Shown in pieces: positions 1-13,076 of a DNA stretch of 64,000 nt. The translations under genes were made by a program, and so were the position numbers. Origin of the DNA: Squalus acanthias (Eukaryota); NCBI GenBank assembly GCA_030390025.1, contig CM059432.1, positions 68,512,001 to 68,576,000 on the forward strand, given 5' to 3'. Positions within the stretch are counted from its first letter, which is position 1, and every line of letters begins with the position of its first letter. The notes under the pieces were generated by a model. The model was given only the letters and a program-made list of their open reading frames with translations. It searched no databases and was not told where the DNA came from.

Positions 1-963
1 ATCCCCAACACCAACATCACCAACCTCATCACCAACCTTCGCCACCATCACCTGATGCTGCACTGACACAGGGCATCAGCCCCTGACAAAATTGCTGGCC
101 GGGAGGCCAGTGATGTCATCACCATGGCCAGACTTTCTTCACATGATGTTGTAAACCCTGGCTGCCACATGATGCGCCAGGTTGCCACCATCCCATACCA
201 GCACAGTGAAGCATCCCTTTGATGTCCAAGCCATTCCATGCACACACATTACTATAGAGGGGTGGGAGGGTGGGGGGCGGAGTTATGACTGAACAATCAC
301 TGGAACTCAGTAAGACACTTCTCAATGTGCGCTCAGATCTGTCCAATAAGGGGCACTTTTTGAAAAAGAGATTTCATTGTATGACAACACATTACCAGAA
401 ACTTCACATGGACATTGGCTAAACCTCTCAAGTGCCCACCCTTGTGTGTTGTTAGTTGGTATGCTTGTAGTAGAATGAGGGTGAGTGTGAGGGGTGGCTA
501 GTGAGATGGAGAAGTGATAAAGTAGATAGAGCGGGTTGGGCGAAGATTCAAGGTAAGCTGGGGAGGTCTCTTCCGCCCTTGGAAGGGAAGAGAACTTCCC
601 TGCGTACTGTGACTCCCTCCATAAGCATATGGAGGGAGTCATTGGAGAGCCTGAGTGCAAGAGTTCACCTTTGTACAGTGATCGTCACTGTTTTCAGCAC
701 CTCAATACTGTCAAACACTGAAAAACCAACTGTCAAAATAAAATTGTGCATGGTCCCTTTAAGGAAACCAGCAGATGACGCATCATCAAATGACGTCATC
801 AGACCCGCTTCCTGTTAATTGGCCGGTAAGCCCGCAGGGTGGGCTTAACAAGGCCAATCAAGGGAAAATCACATCTGCAAAGTGGAGGCAGCTGGGGGCG
901 GGACTGGAACCCGGAAACCAGCTGACCCGCCCCCATCCCGACACCGTTGAGAAAATCGTGGCC
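1..963 (-). mobile_element. Non-autonomous PIF/Harbinger-derived element, cut by the window start (same family as 12059-13075 and 29023-30722)
   Basis: Ends in AAAATCGTGGCC (rc GGCCACGATTTT, the family terminal motif). The minus strand at ~540-670 encodes a decayed Myb/SANT-like segment (DSLHMLMEGVTVRREVLFP). Colinear with the reverse complement of 29023-30150. Confidence 0.8.
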
Positions 964-1843
964 GCCTTTCCTAGATGTTGACCACTCTGCCTCCATTCTG
1001 ACTCTGAGCTAGGTTGTGGGTTATAAAAAGGGAAAATAAATTCCTCTGTGCAATATATGTATCCCACAGACAAAAGGATGTAACCAGTTTTTCACTGAAG
1101 TATTAAATCAGAGAGTCCTTTTGGACTGTAGACACAAGTTTACTGAGTTCAATGACACAAACTTGCATATTATGTATTATAAGTGTCCCTTGCTATAACT
1201 GGCCACAGAGTGGCAGGTGCTGTCACTAGATGCACGTGGAAAATTCTTTTCGTTCCCAGGTACTTTCATCCCTCAGTTAAAACCTTTTAAAGCAAATGGA
1301 GAGACAACCTTCAGCTCCCATCTGTGTGGGTTGGATTTAAGCCCAGTACTAAGAGGCAGGAAAGGGCAGTGTTAGTAACAAAGATGTACCACCCATTGCT
1401 CCTTCTATCATTCTTATTTGGCACTGCTGTTAGATAGGAATCGTAAAGCAAAAGCGATTTATGCCAAAACATTAAATACTGTTTGAAAACACACTTATTT
1501 TAAATTAAAATTATGCCGTTTAGTTGCACAATGCAGGAGCCATGGTTTCAAATTTTGCAGTTGAAACTTAAATGGTGAAGAATTCCTCTTCCATCATTGT
1601 TAAGGTACTCAAAGGAATGGTGAATCTGTTTTAATGAGTGAAATCTTTGTAACTCACCTGTGACGTCTTTCTCGCACTCTGAGTAAGATCAGCATTCCAT
1701 GGATCCCTATTGTGCATCTTCTATATAGAATAATATAAATAAAAGGCAAAAAACAGAAAGTGCTGGAAATCTGAAACAAGACAGAAAATGCTGGAAATAC
1801 TCAGTAGGTGAGTATGCATCTGTGGAGAGAACAGAACAAGTTA

Positions 1844-2840
1844 TACCAGCCTCCACATTCAACGGATCATCCTCCGCCACCTCCAACGTGATCCCACCAC
1901 CAAACACATCTTCCCCTCACCTCCCCTTTCAGCATTCCAAAGGGACCACTCCCTCCGCGACACCCTGGTCCACTCCTCTATCACCCCCAACACCCCTTCC
2001 CCTTCGCCCGGCACCTTCCCTGTGCAAGCACAGGAGATGCAACACATGCCCTTATACCTCCCCACTTCCCACTGTCCAGGGCCCCAAACACCCCTTCCAG
2101 GTGAAACAGCGATTTACTTGTACTTCTTGCAATTTAGTACACTGTATTCGCTGCTCACGATGTGATCTCCTCTACATTGGGGAGACCAAACGCAGATTGG
2201 GTGATCGCTTTGCGGAACACCTCTGTTCAGTCCGTAAGGGGGACCCCGAGCTTCCGGTCGCCTGTCACTTTAATTCTCCGCTCCACACCCACTCTGACCT
2301 CTCTGTCCTTGGCCTCTTACATTGTTCCACTGAAGCTCAACGTAAGCTCAAGGAACAGCACCTCATCTTTCGATTAGGCACTTTACAACCTTCTGGACTC
2401 AACATAGAGTTCAACAATTTCAGATCATAACCTCGGCCCCTATCATATATATATTTTTTTTCCCCACACTTTTTTTTTGTTTGTGTTTTCTTTTCTTCTC
2501 TCCCACATGGCAGCTGTCTTTCATTCTGCCAGCGCAATTTACACTTCATCTGGAGCCATCCTTTGTATCTTAACCTGTCCCATTACCATCTCCTTTTGCC
2601 TTGAATATCTCTTAATGTCTCTTAACCTCTCCTGCCTTCTATCCTATCACAGACCTTCCCTTTTGTTCTTTCATCCCCTCCCCCCTTTCCCAGCTCCTAC
2701 ACTTGCTTAAAAATCTGTTCCATTTCCTGCTTTTATCCAGTTCTGACGAAACGTCATCAACCTGAAACGTTAACTCTGTTTCTCTCTTCACAGATGCTGC
2801 CTGACCTGCTGAGTATATCCAGCATTTTCTGTTTTTATTT
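1844..2840 (+). mobile_element. Penelope-like retroelement, 3' fragment with GIY-YIG endonuclease and 3' UTR
   Basis: ORF 1822-2430 contains CNTC...FTCTSCNLVHCIRCSRCDLLYIGETKRRLGDRFAEH...HFN...GLNIEF, the typical Penelope GIY-YIG C-terminus. Flanked by AAGTTA at 1838-1843 and 2841-2846. Confidence 0.9.
2739..2775 (+). ncRNA. Degenerate minimal type I hammerhead ribozyme motif in the Penelope 3' UTR
   Basis: AGTT-CTGACGA-a-acgtc atc aacct-GAAA-CG-TT-AACT. Core boxes are intact, stem I pairs AGTT/AACT, and palindromic ACGT replaces helix III. Stem II has mismatches. Confidence 0.55.
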
Positions 2841-3239
2841 AAGTTAATATTTTAGATGTAACCCCCTTCATCAGAATGGGAAAAAAATTACATATGATCA
2901 GTATTTAAAAGGAACAGAACAAAATGAAGGGGGGAGGAAAAACATGCACCTGTAAGAGAGGAAATAACTTGTAAAGTGCTTGAAAGGAAAACACGGGATG
3001 GTTAAATGACTGCAGTAATATTAGCATGGGATGATAGGAAGAAGCATAATAATAAAAAATATAGAGACACAGACAAATGTTGAAAGAGGAATTGGGGTTG
3101 AGGTCACTGGTACCGCAGGAGGATGATTCCATCCCGGATATCTTGACCAGAAAGGGGCTGTCTGGGTTGCATCCTTCCTTCTGCTTCCTCCTCTTCTGTT
3201 TCTTCCTCTTCTGTGTCTTCCTCTTCCCTCTGCGAACGG

Positions 3240-3382
3240 ATGCTGCAAATCTGAAATAAAGGCATAAAATGCTGGAAATACTCAGCAAGCCAGGCAGCAT
3301 CTCAACCTGAGATGTGAACTCTGTTTCTCTCTCGACAGATGCTGTCTGACCGGCTGAGTAGTTATAGCATTTTCTGTCTTCT
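3240..3382. repeat. Inverted pair of Penelope 3'-tail fragments
   Basis: AAAATGCTGGAAATACTCAGC...GGCAGCATCT is followed by AGATGCTGTCTGACCGGCTGAGT...AGCATTTTCTG, the same tail in the opposite orientation. Confidence 0.6.
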
Positions 3383-3879
3383 CAGAGGCCTTCCTTTACC
3401 ATCCGAGGACTTCAAGCCTCCAGCAGCACTCCCTGCACACTTAAAAAACTTTTAACATGTATTGCAGCAAGCCACTACTTCAATAAAATAAAAAAAAATC
3501 CAGTCCAAAAGCTTAAATGAAAACTTACCTGAAAGATGTGTATGTCCCTTTAAGAGGTTCTCTACAGCGCCTCTGTCAGTCTGCTGAACGCTGGGTTTGC
3601 ATGGTGAGCTTAGGACCCAGCGCTGAACTCAGCGCAAAGGTCCAAGTTCGCTGAGGTGACGTTAAGTCGGAGTTGCACTTTAACTGACGTCACCCTCTCA
3701 CTAATTTACATTTGCATGGCCATCGCTTTTACTGGCAGCGCTGCCAGCCTTCAGAAAATGGTGGATACCACAGGACCCGCCAGCAGCTGGCTGAAGAGTG
3801 GCAGCCGCCATTTTTTCACAAAATTATGCCGGTAATGGGTGGCGTAAAACACCCGAATATTTTGCCCTAAGATTCTAGA

Positions 3880-5235
3880 TTTAGGTAAGGCTGACTGCAA
3901 TGCAATGAGGCAGAGACTGTCCACAGTAAACTGGGCAAGTCTTTTAAATTTGTAAAATGACAGATGATCAGTGGGAGATGTTCAAAAAAGAATTTAATGT
4001 GATACAGAACCAGTTTTTCCCCCTAAGTGGCAAGAGCTCTACTTGCGAAAAAAAATCAGCCATGGATGACTGAAGAGGTAAGGGACAACATAAACCTAAA
4101 AGAAAAAGCGTATAAAATGCAAAAACTAGCACAGATTGTGGAAGCTGGGGGAGATACAAAGAACAACAAAAGGTGACAAAACAGATAGTAAGAGCTGTAA
4201 AGAGGGAGTATGAAAAGAAACTTGCAAGGAATATCAAAATCAACACAAACATTTTTTACAATTATATTAGGAAAAAGATAGTGGTCAGGTGCAATGTGGG
4301 CCCATTGAAAACTGATAACGGTGCTATTGCCAATGAAAATAAGGAAATGGTGAACATGTTGAATAATTACTATGCGTCACTATTTACAGTAGAGGAAGAG
4401 GATAGCATGCCAGACATCCCAAGGGAACTAATATTTAATCAGGGACGGGGACTCACCAAAAGTAACGTAAGCAAAATAACAGTAATGAAGAAAATACTGG
4501 CACTAAAGAGTGACAAATCCCCAGGACCAGATGGTTTCCATCCTAGGATTTTAAAGGAAGTAGGTGAGAACATTGCAGATGCCCTAACTATAATCTTCCA
4601 AGGTTCTCTCGATTCGAGAACCATTCCTTTAGATTGGAAAATTGCACAGGTCACTCCGCTATTTAAGAAAGGTGAGAGCAACTGTACATAGCCCTGGTTA
4701 GACCACCCCTGGAGTACTGTGAGCAGTTCTGGGCACCACACCTTAGAAGGGAGTGCAGGATAGATTTACCAGAAGGATACCTGGACTCCAAGGGTTAAAT
4801 TACGAGGAGAGATTATACAAACTAGGGTTGTATTCCATTAAAGTAAAAGGTTAAGGGGTGATTTGATCGGTTTTCAAGATATTAAGGGGATCTGATAGGG
4901 TGGATAGAGAGAAACTATTTCTGCTGGTTGGGGAGTCTAGGACTAGGGGACATAGTCTAAAAATTAGAGCCAGGCCTTTTAGGAGTGAAGTTAGGAAACA
5001 CTTCTACATGCAAAGGGTAGTAGAAGTTTGGAACTCTCTTCCGCAAACGGCAATTGATGCTAAGTCAATTGTTAATTTTAAATCTGAGATTGATAGATCT
5101 TTGTTAATGAAAGGCATTGAGGGATATGGGCCAAAGGCAGGTATATGGAGTTAGGTCACAGATCAGTCATGATCTTACTGAATGGCGGAACAGGCTCGAG
5201 GGGTTAAATGGCCTACTCCAGTTCCTATGTTCCTA
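3880..5235 (+). mobile_element. CR1 LINE remnant, 5'-truncated with a large internal deletion at ~4677
   Basis: ORF 4173-4691 (KSPGPDGFHPRILKE...DWKIAQVTPLFKKG) jumps directly to the C-terminal region (ESRTRGHSLK...RVVEVWNSLP). CR1 tail ATGGCCTACTCC..CCTATGTTCCT. Confidence 0.9.
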
Positions 5236-5973
5236 ACAGGAAAGGACCAAATAGAAGGAAGTTACTAATTACTTGTAATTACTTATTCAACGTTATTCCA
5301 TTTGTACCTCAGTACTGTTCAGAAAGTAAGCTTGTGGTATTTTGTTGGGTGTTTTATGAACCAAAATATTGGGCATTATTGGGTGGCATATGCCTATAAA
5401 GAGCAGAGCTGGCTTTAGGCACCAGTGGAGGCTGCAGCTGGGGCAAAGGACAGGTTTACCCATGTGTTGTGCCAGCCTGCCAGCCCAGATGGAAGAACCA
5501 GCACCATACAACCTGGCCTTTAGATGCAGTTCTCATACAGTCATTTGCTGATCATCACTTTCAGGTTCACCTGTGTTGTCTTCTGAAGAAAGATAATACA
5601 AATGTTTGCTCAGCTTAACAGGGTTGTCAACATTGAGGAAACATTAGGAAAAGATTTATGATTATAAAGTGTCAAATATTTTAAACTCATTTAAACAAAT
5701 AGAGATGTGTTTATACGAATGATTTGCATCAAGGTAGATTACAGTTTTAAATCTAAAATAGTGACACTCCTAAGATTAACAGCTAAAGAGATTACAAAAA
5801 GGAGAACATAGAGGTAAAGTAGATTATTTTTACATCACAAGCCTCAGTTTCCAGCTTTTTCTATTTTGTTGCAAGTCATTGGTTATTCAGGAATAGGTAT
5901 GTGTTATTAGTCTTCAGCTGTGCTGTTTCTTCTCTTTAAAGCCTTTTCTTTTCACATCTTGCTTTCTCCACAG

Positions 5974-6122
5974 CCCATGGGATCGGAGCGGATGGAGATG
6001 CGTAAGCGGCAGACATCGGTACAGCAGGAGATGCCGGGCTCTGCGCAGCCACAGCAGGGTGCTGGGAACCGTGGCTCAAACGCCTGCTGCTTCTGCTGGT
6101 GCTGCTGCTGCAGCTGCTCATG
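5974..6122 (+). CDS. rgs20: Regulator of G-protein signaling 20 (RGSZ1), internal coding exon with the cysteine string
   Basis: Acceptor TTTCTCCACAG|CCC, donor TG|GTATGT. Encodes PMGSERMEMRKRQTSVQQEMPGSAQPQQGAGNRGSNACCFCWCCCCSCS, matching the RGS20 N-terminus as I recall it (MGSERMEMRKRQ...GSNACCFCWCCCCSCS). 149 nt, phase 0 to phase 2. Confidence 0.93.
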
Positions 6123-6459
6123 GTATGTCTTTCTGTCTATTTTCTTCCAACTCTGGAGAGTGGCTGGAAGGTAAATACCAGCGCACTGATCTACACTCAC
6201 ACAACTGTAGGCATCAGCTGTCAGGCTCCCCCTGAAACCAGTGCTTAAACAAAATATGTATCATTCTTCTTTTAATTAAAAAAGCACTTTGTGTTTCATT
6301 AGTCTGAGAGGTAAATAGATTACAGCACAGTCCTGTGGGATCCCACTGTCGAACTGCACCAGAATCAGTCAGGAAACAAAGTGCAGATAGGTCTTATATT
6401 TATTTGTTTCTAACAATTGGCTACTGAAATACTCAAAGTACAGAAGACAGGACTATAAT

Positions 6460-8100
6460 TTGTTTTAAACTTTCCCATTGCACCAAAAGACCAGACAGGG
6501 ATGCCACTATCTCTTCTCCTCTATGCCCTGGTCATAGAATCCCTGGTGACATATGACCGGGTTAACCCAAGCATCCATGGAGTACATACAGGAGAGGCAG
6601 ATGTGAAATATCTTTGTATGCTGATGACACACTGTTATATGTAATGCAACCAACCCCCTCACCCCACAGCATCTTTCAAATTACCAAAGAATTTAGGTAA
6701 CTCTTCACTCCAGCTACAAACTCAAAAACTCGTATCCAAAAGGTGTGCCCCTCATGCAAAACATCTCCACACAAATAGAGGAGTCCTACTGCTTTGCAGG
6801 GCAGGGTCTGACTTTAAATATCTTGGTGTGCTTGTTACACTGAAACTTACCACCCTGTACAAAAGGAACTTTCTCACCCCTCCTAATCATCATATAGATC
6901 CATCTAACTGGATGAATAACCTGCTCATTTCACTCTCGGGTATGGTGAACACAACAAAGATTAATATCTTCCCAACCCCCTTTACCTATTAAAGATGCTG
7001 TTTATAAATATACCAGCCCAACAATTCCTGGAATGGACATATGCATCTCTAATATCCTATGGGCCAGAGACAGCAAATATGTCTCAATTGTTTTCAGTTC
7101 CAAAACAAGAGGGCGACCCAGCCTCGCAAGGATTAACACCTTTACTGAGCAGCCTAGATCCAAGTGATTGTGATCTGGTCCCCGGCCTCTCAGCAAAACC
7201 AATGGCTGGAAATGAGACCACGTCCATCCTACCAACCCTCACCCCCACAAAGCTTACCATTCAGACATTCTCAGAAAAGACTAACAGAGAGCCAGAAACA
7301 CCCCATAGTAATTGCGATCCTCTCAATCTGGAGCGAAATGCGTGCTCTCCTGAAGATTCAAATTGGTTTTGTCCTCTCTCCAATCTGGCACAGTGGGGAA
7401 TTCATAGGAAGATTCACGTCAGGTGAATTCCTTTATTCCTCAACAGTCTCTGAAAAGACAGCTCCACCCTGTACACCATACTTCACCACCATGACCAAAG
7501 TTAGGCCAGGTAGCCTGAGAGTAAGCTGGGAATGAGATCGACGATATCCATTAAGCAAGGAGGAATATGCACATTCTCCCCGTGTCTGCGTGGGTTTCCT
7601 CCGGGTGCTCCGGTTTCCTCCCACAGTCCAAAAATGTGCGGGTTAGGTTGATTTGGCTATGATAAATTGACCCTTAGTGTTAGGGGGGGGGATTAAATAT
7701 GTGGGGTTATGGGGATAGGATGGGATATGTTAGGGGGAATTAAATACGTGGGGTTACGGGGCTAGGGTGGAATATGTGTACTGTGGGGATTAAAGCAGGG
7801 ACAGGGTACTGGATTTGAATGATCAGCCATGATCGTATTGAATGGTGGAGCAGGCTCGACGGGCCGAATGGCCTACTCCTGCTCCTAGATTCTATGTTTC
7901 TATGTTTCTATGAATGGCAGTCAACACAGCCACCTGCAGCAAGATGCATGAAGATCAACTGAAAATCATACATTGCACATAATGCATTCCACACAAACTC
8001 TACAAATGTCATCCCTTATGCCAGACAACTCCTGGAGGGGCTGCAGGCATGCCCCTTCATTGATTCATTCTGGATAATGGTCTGAGAGACCACAAGGACC
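6460..8100 (+). mobile_element. Highly decayed L1-clade ORF2 (RT) remnant
   Basis: Reads TRQGCxLSLLLYALVIESL and ISLYADDTLLY across frameshifts; interrupted by a SINE. Confidence 0.7.
7568..7912 (+). mobile_element. V-SINE (HE1-like), 5'-truncated, with a CR1-derived 3' tail
   Basis: V-domain TTCTCCCCGTGTCTGCGTGGGTTTCCTCCGGGTGCTCCGGTTTCCTCCCA. The tail GGCCGAATGGCCTACTCCTGCTCC-(TTTCTATG)n is shared with the local CR1s. Confidence 0.85.
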
Positions 8101-8464
8101 ATGACCAGTCTTGCAATTCCAGAGGACCCAGCTTAGTGCTTACAAGACCTACCCACTGAGCAGGCTAGTATAACTCTCACTACTGGCTGCAGAAGGTGCA
8201 TCCTGATCTTTGTGGAGCAGTCCAGCCCTCCCCATAACAAACGAGCTAGAGCACATGTTGGACATGTTCCATTCAGAATGAGTGAGGCTTGGCCTGTGAA
8301 AAAACACCAAGGAGTTTGGACCCATTCAACACAAACCCCCCCTCCCCCCAGCACAGCAACCTATCCACTGACTATGAAGGACAACAACCCCAATAGACAT
8401 GATCACTTGTGTGAAGGACCTCTGTTCCCCCCACACCCAGACCAAAAAAACCACCAGAAACAAA

Positions 8465-11180
8465 AACATAAGAACATAAGAATTAGGAGCAGGAGTAGGC
8501 CATAAGGCCCTTCGAGCCTGCTCTGCCATTCAATAAGATCATGGCTGATCTTTTACCTCAACTCCACTTTCCCGCCCGATCTCCATATCCCTTGATTCCC
8601 AAGGAGTCCAAAAATCTATCTATCTCAGCCTTGAATATACTCAATAACTGAGCATCCACAGCCCTTTGGGGCAGAGAATTCTAAAGATTCACAACCCTCT
8701 GAGTGAATAAATTCCTCCTTATCTCAGTCTTAACCAAACCAAACAAGAAGATTCCACCCTTTAATCCCATTAAAAGTACAATCATGCCATGTTCCTGGTA
8801 GGAACATAGGAACAAAAGAACAGGAATACGCAAATAAGCTCTAATTTTAAGGTTCTGCTCTCTTGTTCTGGATTCTCCAAACAGAGGAAATACTTTCTCT
8901 GTATCTACTCTATCAAATCCCTTTATCATTTTAAAAACCTTGATTAGATCACCCCCTCAATCTTCTGCACTCAAGGCAAGTTTATGCAACCTGTCCTCAT
9001 AATTGAACCCTTTAAGGCTCGGGGTATCATTTTACTGAACCTGCACTGTACCCCCTCCAAAGCCAATATATCTTTCCTGAAGTTCGGTACCCAAAATTAA
9101 ACGTAGTACTGATGGTGTTTGACTTAGGCTCTGTATGTCTGAAGCATAACTTCCTCATTTTTGAATTCCAACCCCCTTGAGATAAAGGCCAACATTCCAT
9201 TAGCCTTTGTGATTATTTTTTGTACTTGAAAACTAGCTTTTAGTAATCTCTGTACAGTGGCACCTAAATCCATTTGCTCCTTCACAGCTCCTATTCTCTC
9301 AGCATTAAGAAAATATTCTGATTTGTCTTTCTCAGATCCAAAGGGGATGACCTCACACTTCCCCACGTTGAACTCCATATGACATGGTTTTGCCCACTCA
9401 CTTAGTCTGTATATGTCCTTCTGTAACTTCCTGCTCCCATCTACATAACATATTGGGGTAAAAATTCACTTGGTTGCGCCTCCCGTTAGCGCCTTAAGAG
9501 GGCGCTAATGGGGCGCAAAGCCGCTAACGCCCGGGCGCAGCGATGTTTGCGCCGCTCGAGAACTTAACTTGAGATTGTGCGGCGGCGCTAAAACTTACCG
9601 CTGCGACCACCTGCGCGCGCAGATTGTGACGTAATTCCATGGTGCAACGCCCTTGGGGTGCCCCGTAGCGGAAATTGAGTGGCGCCCCCTGCCTTACCGC
9701 CTGGCGCTTCCAACGACCAGAAGACTGGAACGCTATCAATCGCTGTGGGGCTGGGGGGGGGCGCTATTTAAAGGGGGCCTCTTCCTGTCTTTTATTGTTG
9801 GTGGCATTTTTGAACTACGCATTCTGAGAGAGAGAGGGAGAGACTTCTGGAGAGATTCAACGTTGTGTGAAGGAGTTTTGGGTACTGAGCAGCCTTTGCA
9901 GGTTCATTTTGATTTGCCATTCCTTGTATCGATTTAGCAGAGACTGTGGGAGCTGCACTCTGAGCTCTTTGCCTGGTACTTTCCATTGTTCTTTCCAGCA
10001 CATTTGATGTGCAAGTCTCTCCAGGCCGAGATTCAAGGCAGCAATGAACAGGATGTGGATGGAAAGCAAGATTAACCATCCCCTTTAAGAACTGCCCCAT
10101 GCCATTGTGTGTGTGTTCCATTGCTGACTGACATTACATGAGCTTCGCCAGCGCTCCGAGTTAGCGCCTCACTGCTCGGCCTTTGCGCCTTAAGAGAGGT
10201 GTGCAGCGCCTGCTTTAGCGCTCCACTCACCTCCCGGGGCGGTAAAAGTGAAGTTTCCTGTCAGTGCCGATAATTAGCGCCAGGCGCTAATATTTGCGTC
10301 CGGACGATATTTGCGCCCCAAATGGGGCGCGACCTAATTTTTACCCCATTGTGTCTCCTAATTTAGTGCCATCTGCAAACTTGGATATAAAACTCTCTAT
10401 TTCTTCATCCAAGTCATTAATATATATGATGAAAAGCTGAGGCCCCAGTACAGATCCCTGAGTCACATCCCGCCAGAGAACATTACCTTTATCCCTATTC
10501 TCTGTCTCCTACCACCCAACCAATTGCTGACCCATGTCACAAGGTTACTTCCAATTCCATGCACTCTCATTTTTTCTAATAATCTCTTGTGTGGAACCTT
10601 AGTAAATGCCTTCTGGAAGTCCATGTAGAAAACATTCACAGACACTCACCTACTCACCATGCTAGTGGCCTGCACAAAATTTCAACGAGATTAGTCAGAA
10701 CTCTTCACAAATCCATGCTGACTCTCTTTGATCAGTTAATGCTTGTGCTAAGTGCTCAGTAACTCCATATCTGATAATAGATTCCAGTAAGTTCCCCACA
10801 ATTGATGTTAAACCAACAGGTCTGCAGTTACCTGGTTCTCCTCTTTTTATTCGTTCCTGGGATGTGGGCGTCGCTGGCAAGGCCAGCAATTATTGCCCAT
10901 TCCTAATTGCCCTTGAGAAGGTGGTGGTGAGCCACCTTCTTGAACCACTGCAGTCCGTGTGGTGAAGGTACGTCCACATCCCTTCTTAAATAATGGAGTG
11001 ACATTTGCAATTTTCCAATCCAAAGGGACAATTCCTGAATCTAGACTGCTTTGGAAAATTAGGAAAATTAACGCATCTGCAATTTCCTCACCTATTTCTT
11101 TTAATATCTTGAGATGGAAACCATCAGGACCTAGAGACTTGTCTATCTTAAGTCTCATTATTTTCTCCATTACCTTTTTT
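8465..11180 (-). mobile_element. Stacked CR1 remnants (3' end at 8465-8730; a second copy at ~8800-11180), interrupted by a MITE and a short LINE tail at ~10845-10975
   Basis: Minus-strand ORF pieces MEFNVGKCEVIPFG, YMDFQKAFTKVPH, DKSLGPDGFHLKILKE; tail repeats (ACATAAGA)n. Confidence 0.85.
9455..10347. mobile_element. Harbinger-type MITE
   Basis: Perfect 12-bp TIR GGGGTAAAAATT/AATTTTTACCCC and 3-bp TSD ATT (9452-9454, 10348-10350). CR1 sequence resumes on both sides. Confidence 0.9.
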
Positions 11181-11914
11181 TACTTGTGCCAATGCATCCT
11201 CAAACAAGCACTGTGTAATTAAAATGTATAATAGCTCTGTAATATATATATATATATATATGTGAATGCACATTTTTGAAAATTCAATAAAAATAATCAG
11301 TGGTGGATAATAAAAATAAAGTCGCATTTTATATCCATGATTAAAATATGTTTCATATTGGCCAGTGGAAGTAATAGATAGGAATATTTTTGTATCACTG
11401 GATAGACACAATAACATATGAAACATAGAATGACTCATCTTTTTAGGAATGTAAGTTGAAATAGAGGCTGCGTATATAAATTTAAATGGAAAACCACAGT
11501 GGATCTACCTCAGAAAATTATCTTTCATTCCTCTTGTACTGTAAAATTGCTTAATTGAGGTAAGTTAAATATTGTGAAATGAATACTCATTTGATAAGAT
11601 ATGCAGGTCAACTTAGAAGATAACATAATCAGTAATTCCAAACCAACCGTCTCATAAATCATGAGACAAACTCTTAAAAAATCATGAGATTTGGTAAGAA
11701 ATCATGAGTTGCTATTTTTTTCAGACATAAACCAATATAGATTCACAGTTGGTTTATAAACCTCATTAGTGGCTTTATTTAATCTCTAACAGGGCACAGC
11801 TCTTTGCAAAAACTATATTGCTGCATCTGAAAATGCTTTACAAAAAACTTTTTAAAAATCCTACCTGTTATCACCACATTGCTATGTTTGGTTACTCCTC
11901 TTGAGTTTCATGCT

Positions 11915-12058
11915 GAGACTGAGGGATAAAGGCAGACAGACACTGATATTGACAGCAAGAGGCAGACAGACACTGAGAAACTGAGGGAGAGAGAGACAGG
12001 CAGACACTGAGAGGCTGAGGGAGAGAGGCAGTCAGACACAGAGGCAGACAGACACTCT
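11915..12058 (+). repeat. Degenerate GA-rich tandem repeat (GGCAGACAGACACTGAGA-like units)
   Basis: Several imperfect units; the pattern resumes briefly at ~14182-14205 after the Harbinger inserts. Confidence 0.6.
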
Positions 12059-13075
12059 GGCCGTGATTTCCCCTACCTCGGCTGGTCCGGAGCGTTCAAC
12101 GTCGGTGGCGGGTCCTGAACCTGCTGCTGGCTCCAGCCCGCTCTGTAGAATGATTTTACATTGATTGGGCTTGTTAAGCCCACCCAGCGCATTTCTCAGC
12201 CAATTGAAGGAAGCGTGTCTGATGACGTCATTTGATGACGCATCATCAGCTGGTTTTCTTAAAGGGACCATGCGCAAATTGATTTTTTGACAGTTGTGCT
12301 GTCAGTGTTCTACATTGAGGTGCTGTAAACACTGGCAAGCACTGCACAAAGGTACATGTCTGCACCCAGGCTCTCCCATTACTCCCATATGCTTATAGAG
12401 GGACTCACAGCACGCAGGGAGGTCCTCTTCCCTTCCCATAGGCAGAAGAGACCTCCCCAGGAGATCAACGCAGCCTGGTTGCACATTGCACAGGAGGGCA
12501 CAAGCAGGGATGTCGTCAGGAGGACCAGGCTGCAGTGGCACAAACCTTTCAATGATCTCAGCAGATCACGAAACGTTACTGCCAAGCCCCACTCAACCTC
12601 ATCCTGCTGTGCCACTCATCACATCCACATCACTCTGCCTTCCCTAACCTACTCCTGCACATCTTTACTCACACCAACTTACCTTGCACCTCTACCCATC
12701 CCTCTCTATCTACATTATCACTTCCCCATCTCACTAGCCACCCATCACACTCACCCTCAAGCTACTGCAAGCATAGAGATTAACAACACACAAAGGTAGG
12801 CACCTGGGTGGTTTAGCCAATGTTCATGTGAAGTTTCTGTTAATCTGTTGTCAAACATTGAAATCTATATTTTCAACATGTTACCTTATTGGACAGATCT
12901 GTGCTCACCTTTGGAAGTGTCTTAGTGAGTTCCAGTGAATGTTGAGATATAACTTGCCCCCCTGCCACCCCCAACCGCAATTGTGATTGTGAAAGGAATG
13001 CCTTGGACATTGTAGGGATGCTTTATGGTGTTGGTGTGGGGTGGTGCCAACCTGGAGCATTATGTGGCAGCCAGG
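12059..13075 (+). mobile_element. Non-autonomous Harbinger-derived element, left half with Myb/SANT exon 1
   Basis: Starts GGCCGTGATTT. ORF 12356-12799 begins MSAPRLSHYSHMLIEGLTARREVLFP...AWLHIAQE...RTRLQWHKPFNDL. Colinear with 29023-29980. Confidence 0.85.
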
Positions 13076-13076
13076 G

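Larger units (their letters stand above)
1745..2950 (-). mobile_element. Older antisense Penelope 3'-UTR remnant (1745-1843 and 2841-2950) split by the plus-strand Penelope
   Basis: Both pieces are reverse complements of the tail motif seen at 2740-2840 and read continuously across the AAGTTA duplication. Confidence 0.6.

Noticed and set aside
1250..1395. Possible ancient tRNA-derived SINE on the minus strand
   Set aside because: Only a vague A/B-box-like resemblance; too decayed to support by eye.
2905..3300. Overlapping Arg/Lys- and Phe-rich ORFs
   Set aside because: They arise from a CTT/CTC low-complexity tract plus Penelope tail sequence; no recognisable domain.
5920..6200. Stand-alone 84-aa ORF and antisense poly-Q/poly-S ORFs
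   Set aside because: These are the rgs20 exon with intron read-through, and antisense shadows of the TGC-rich cysteine string.
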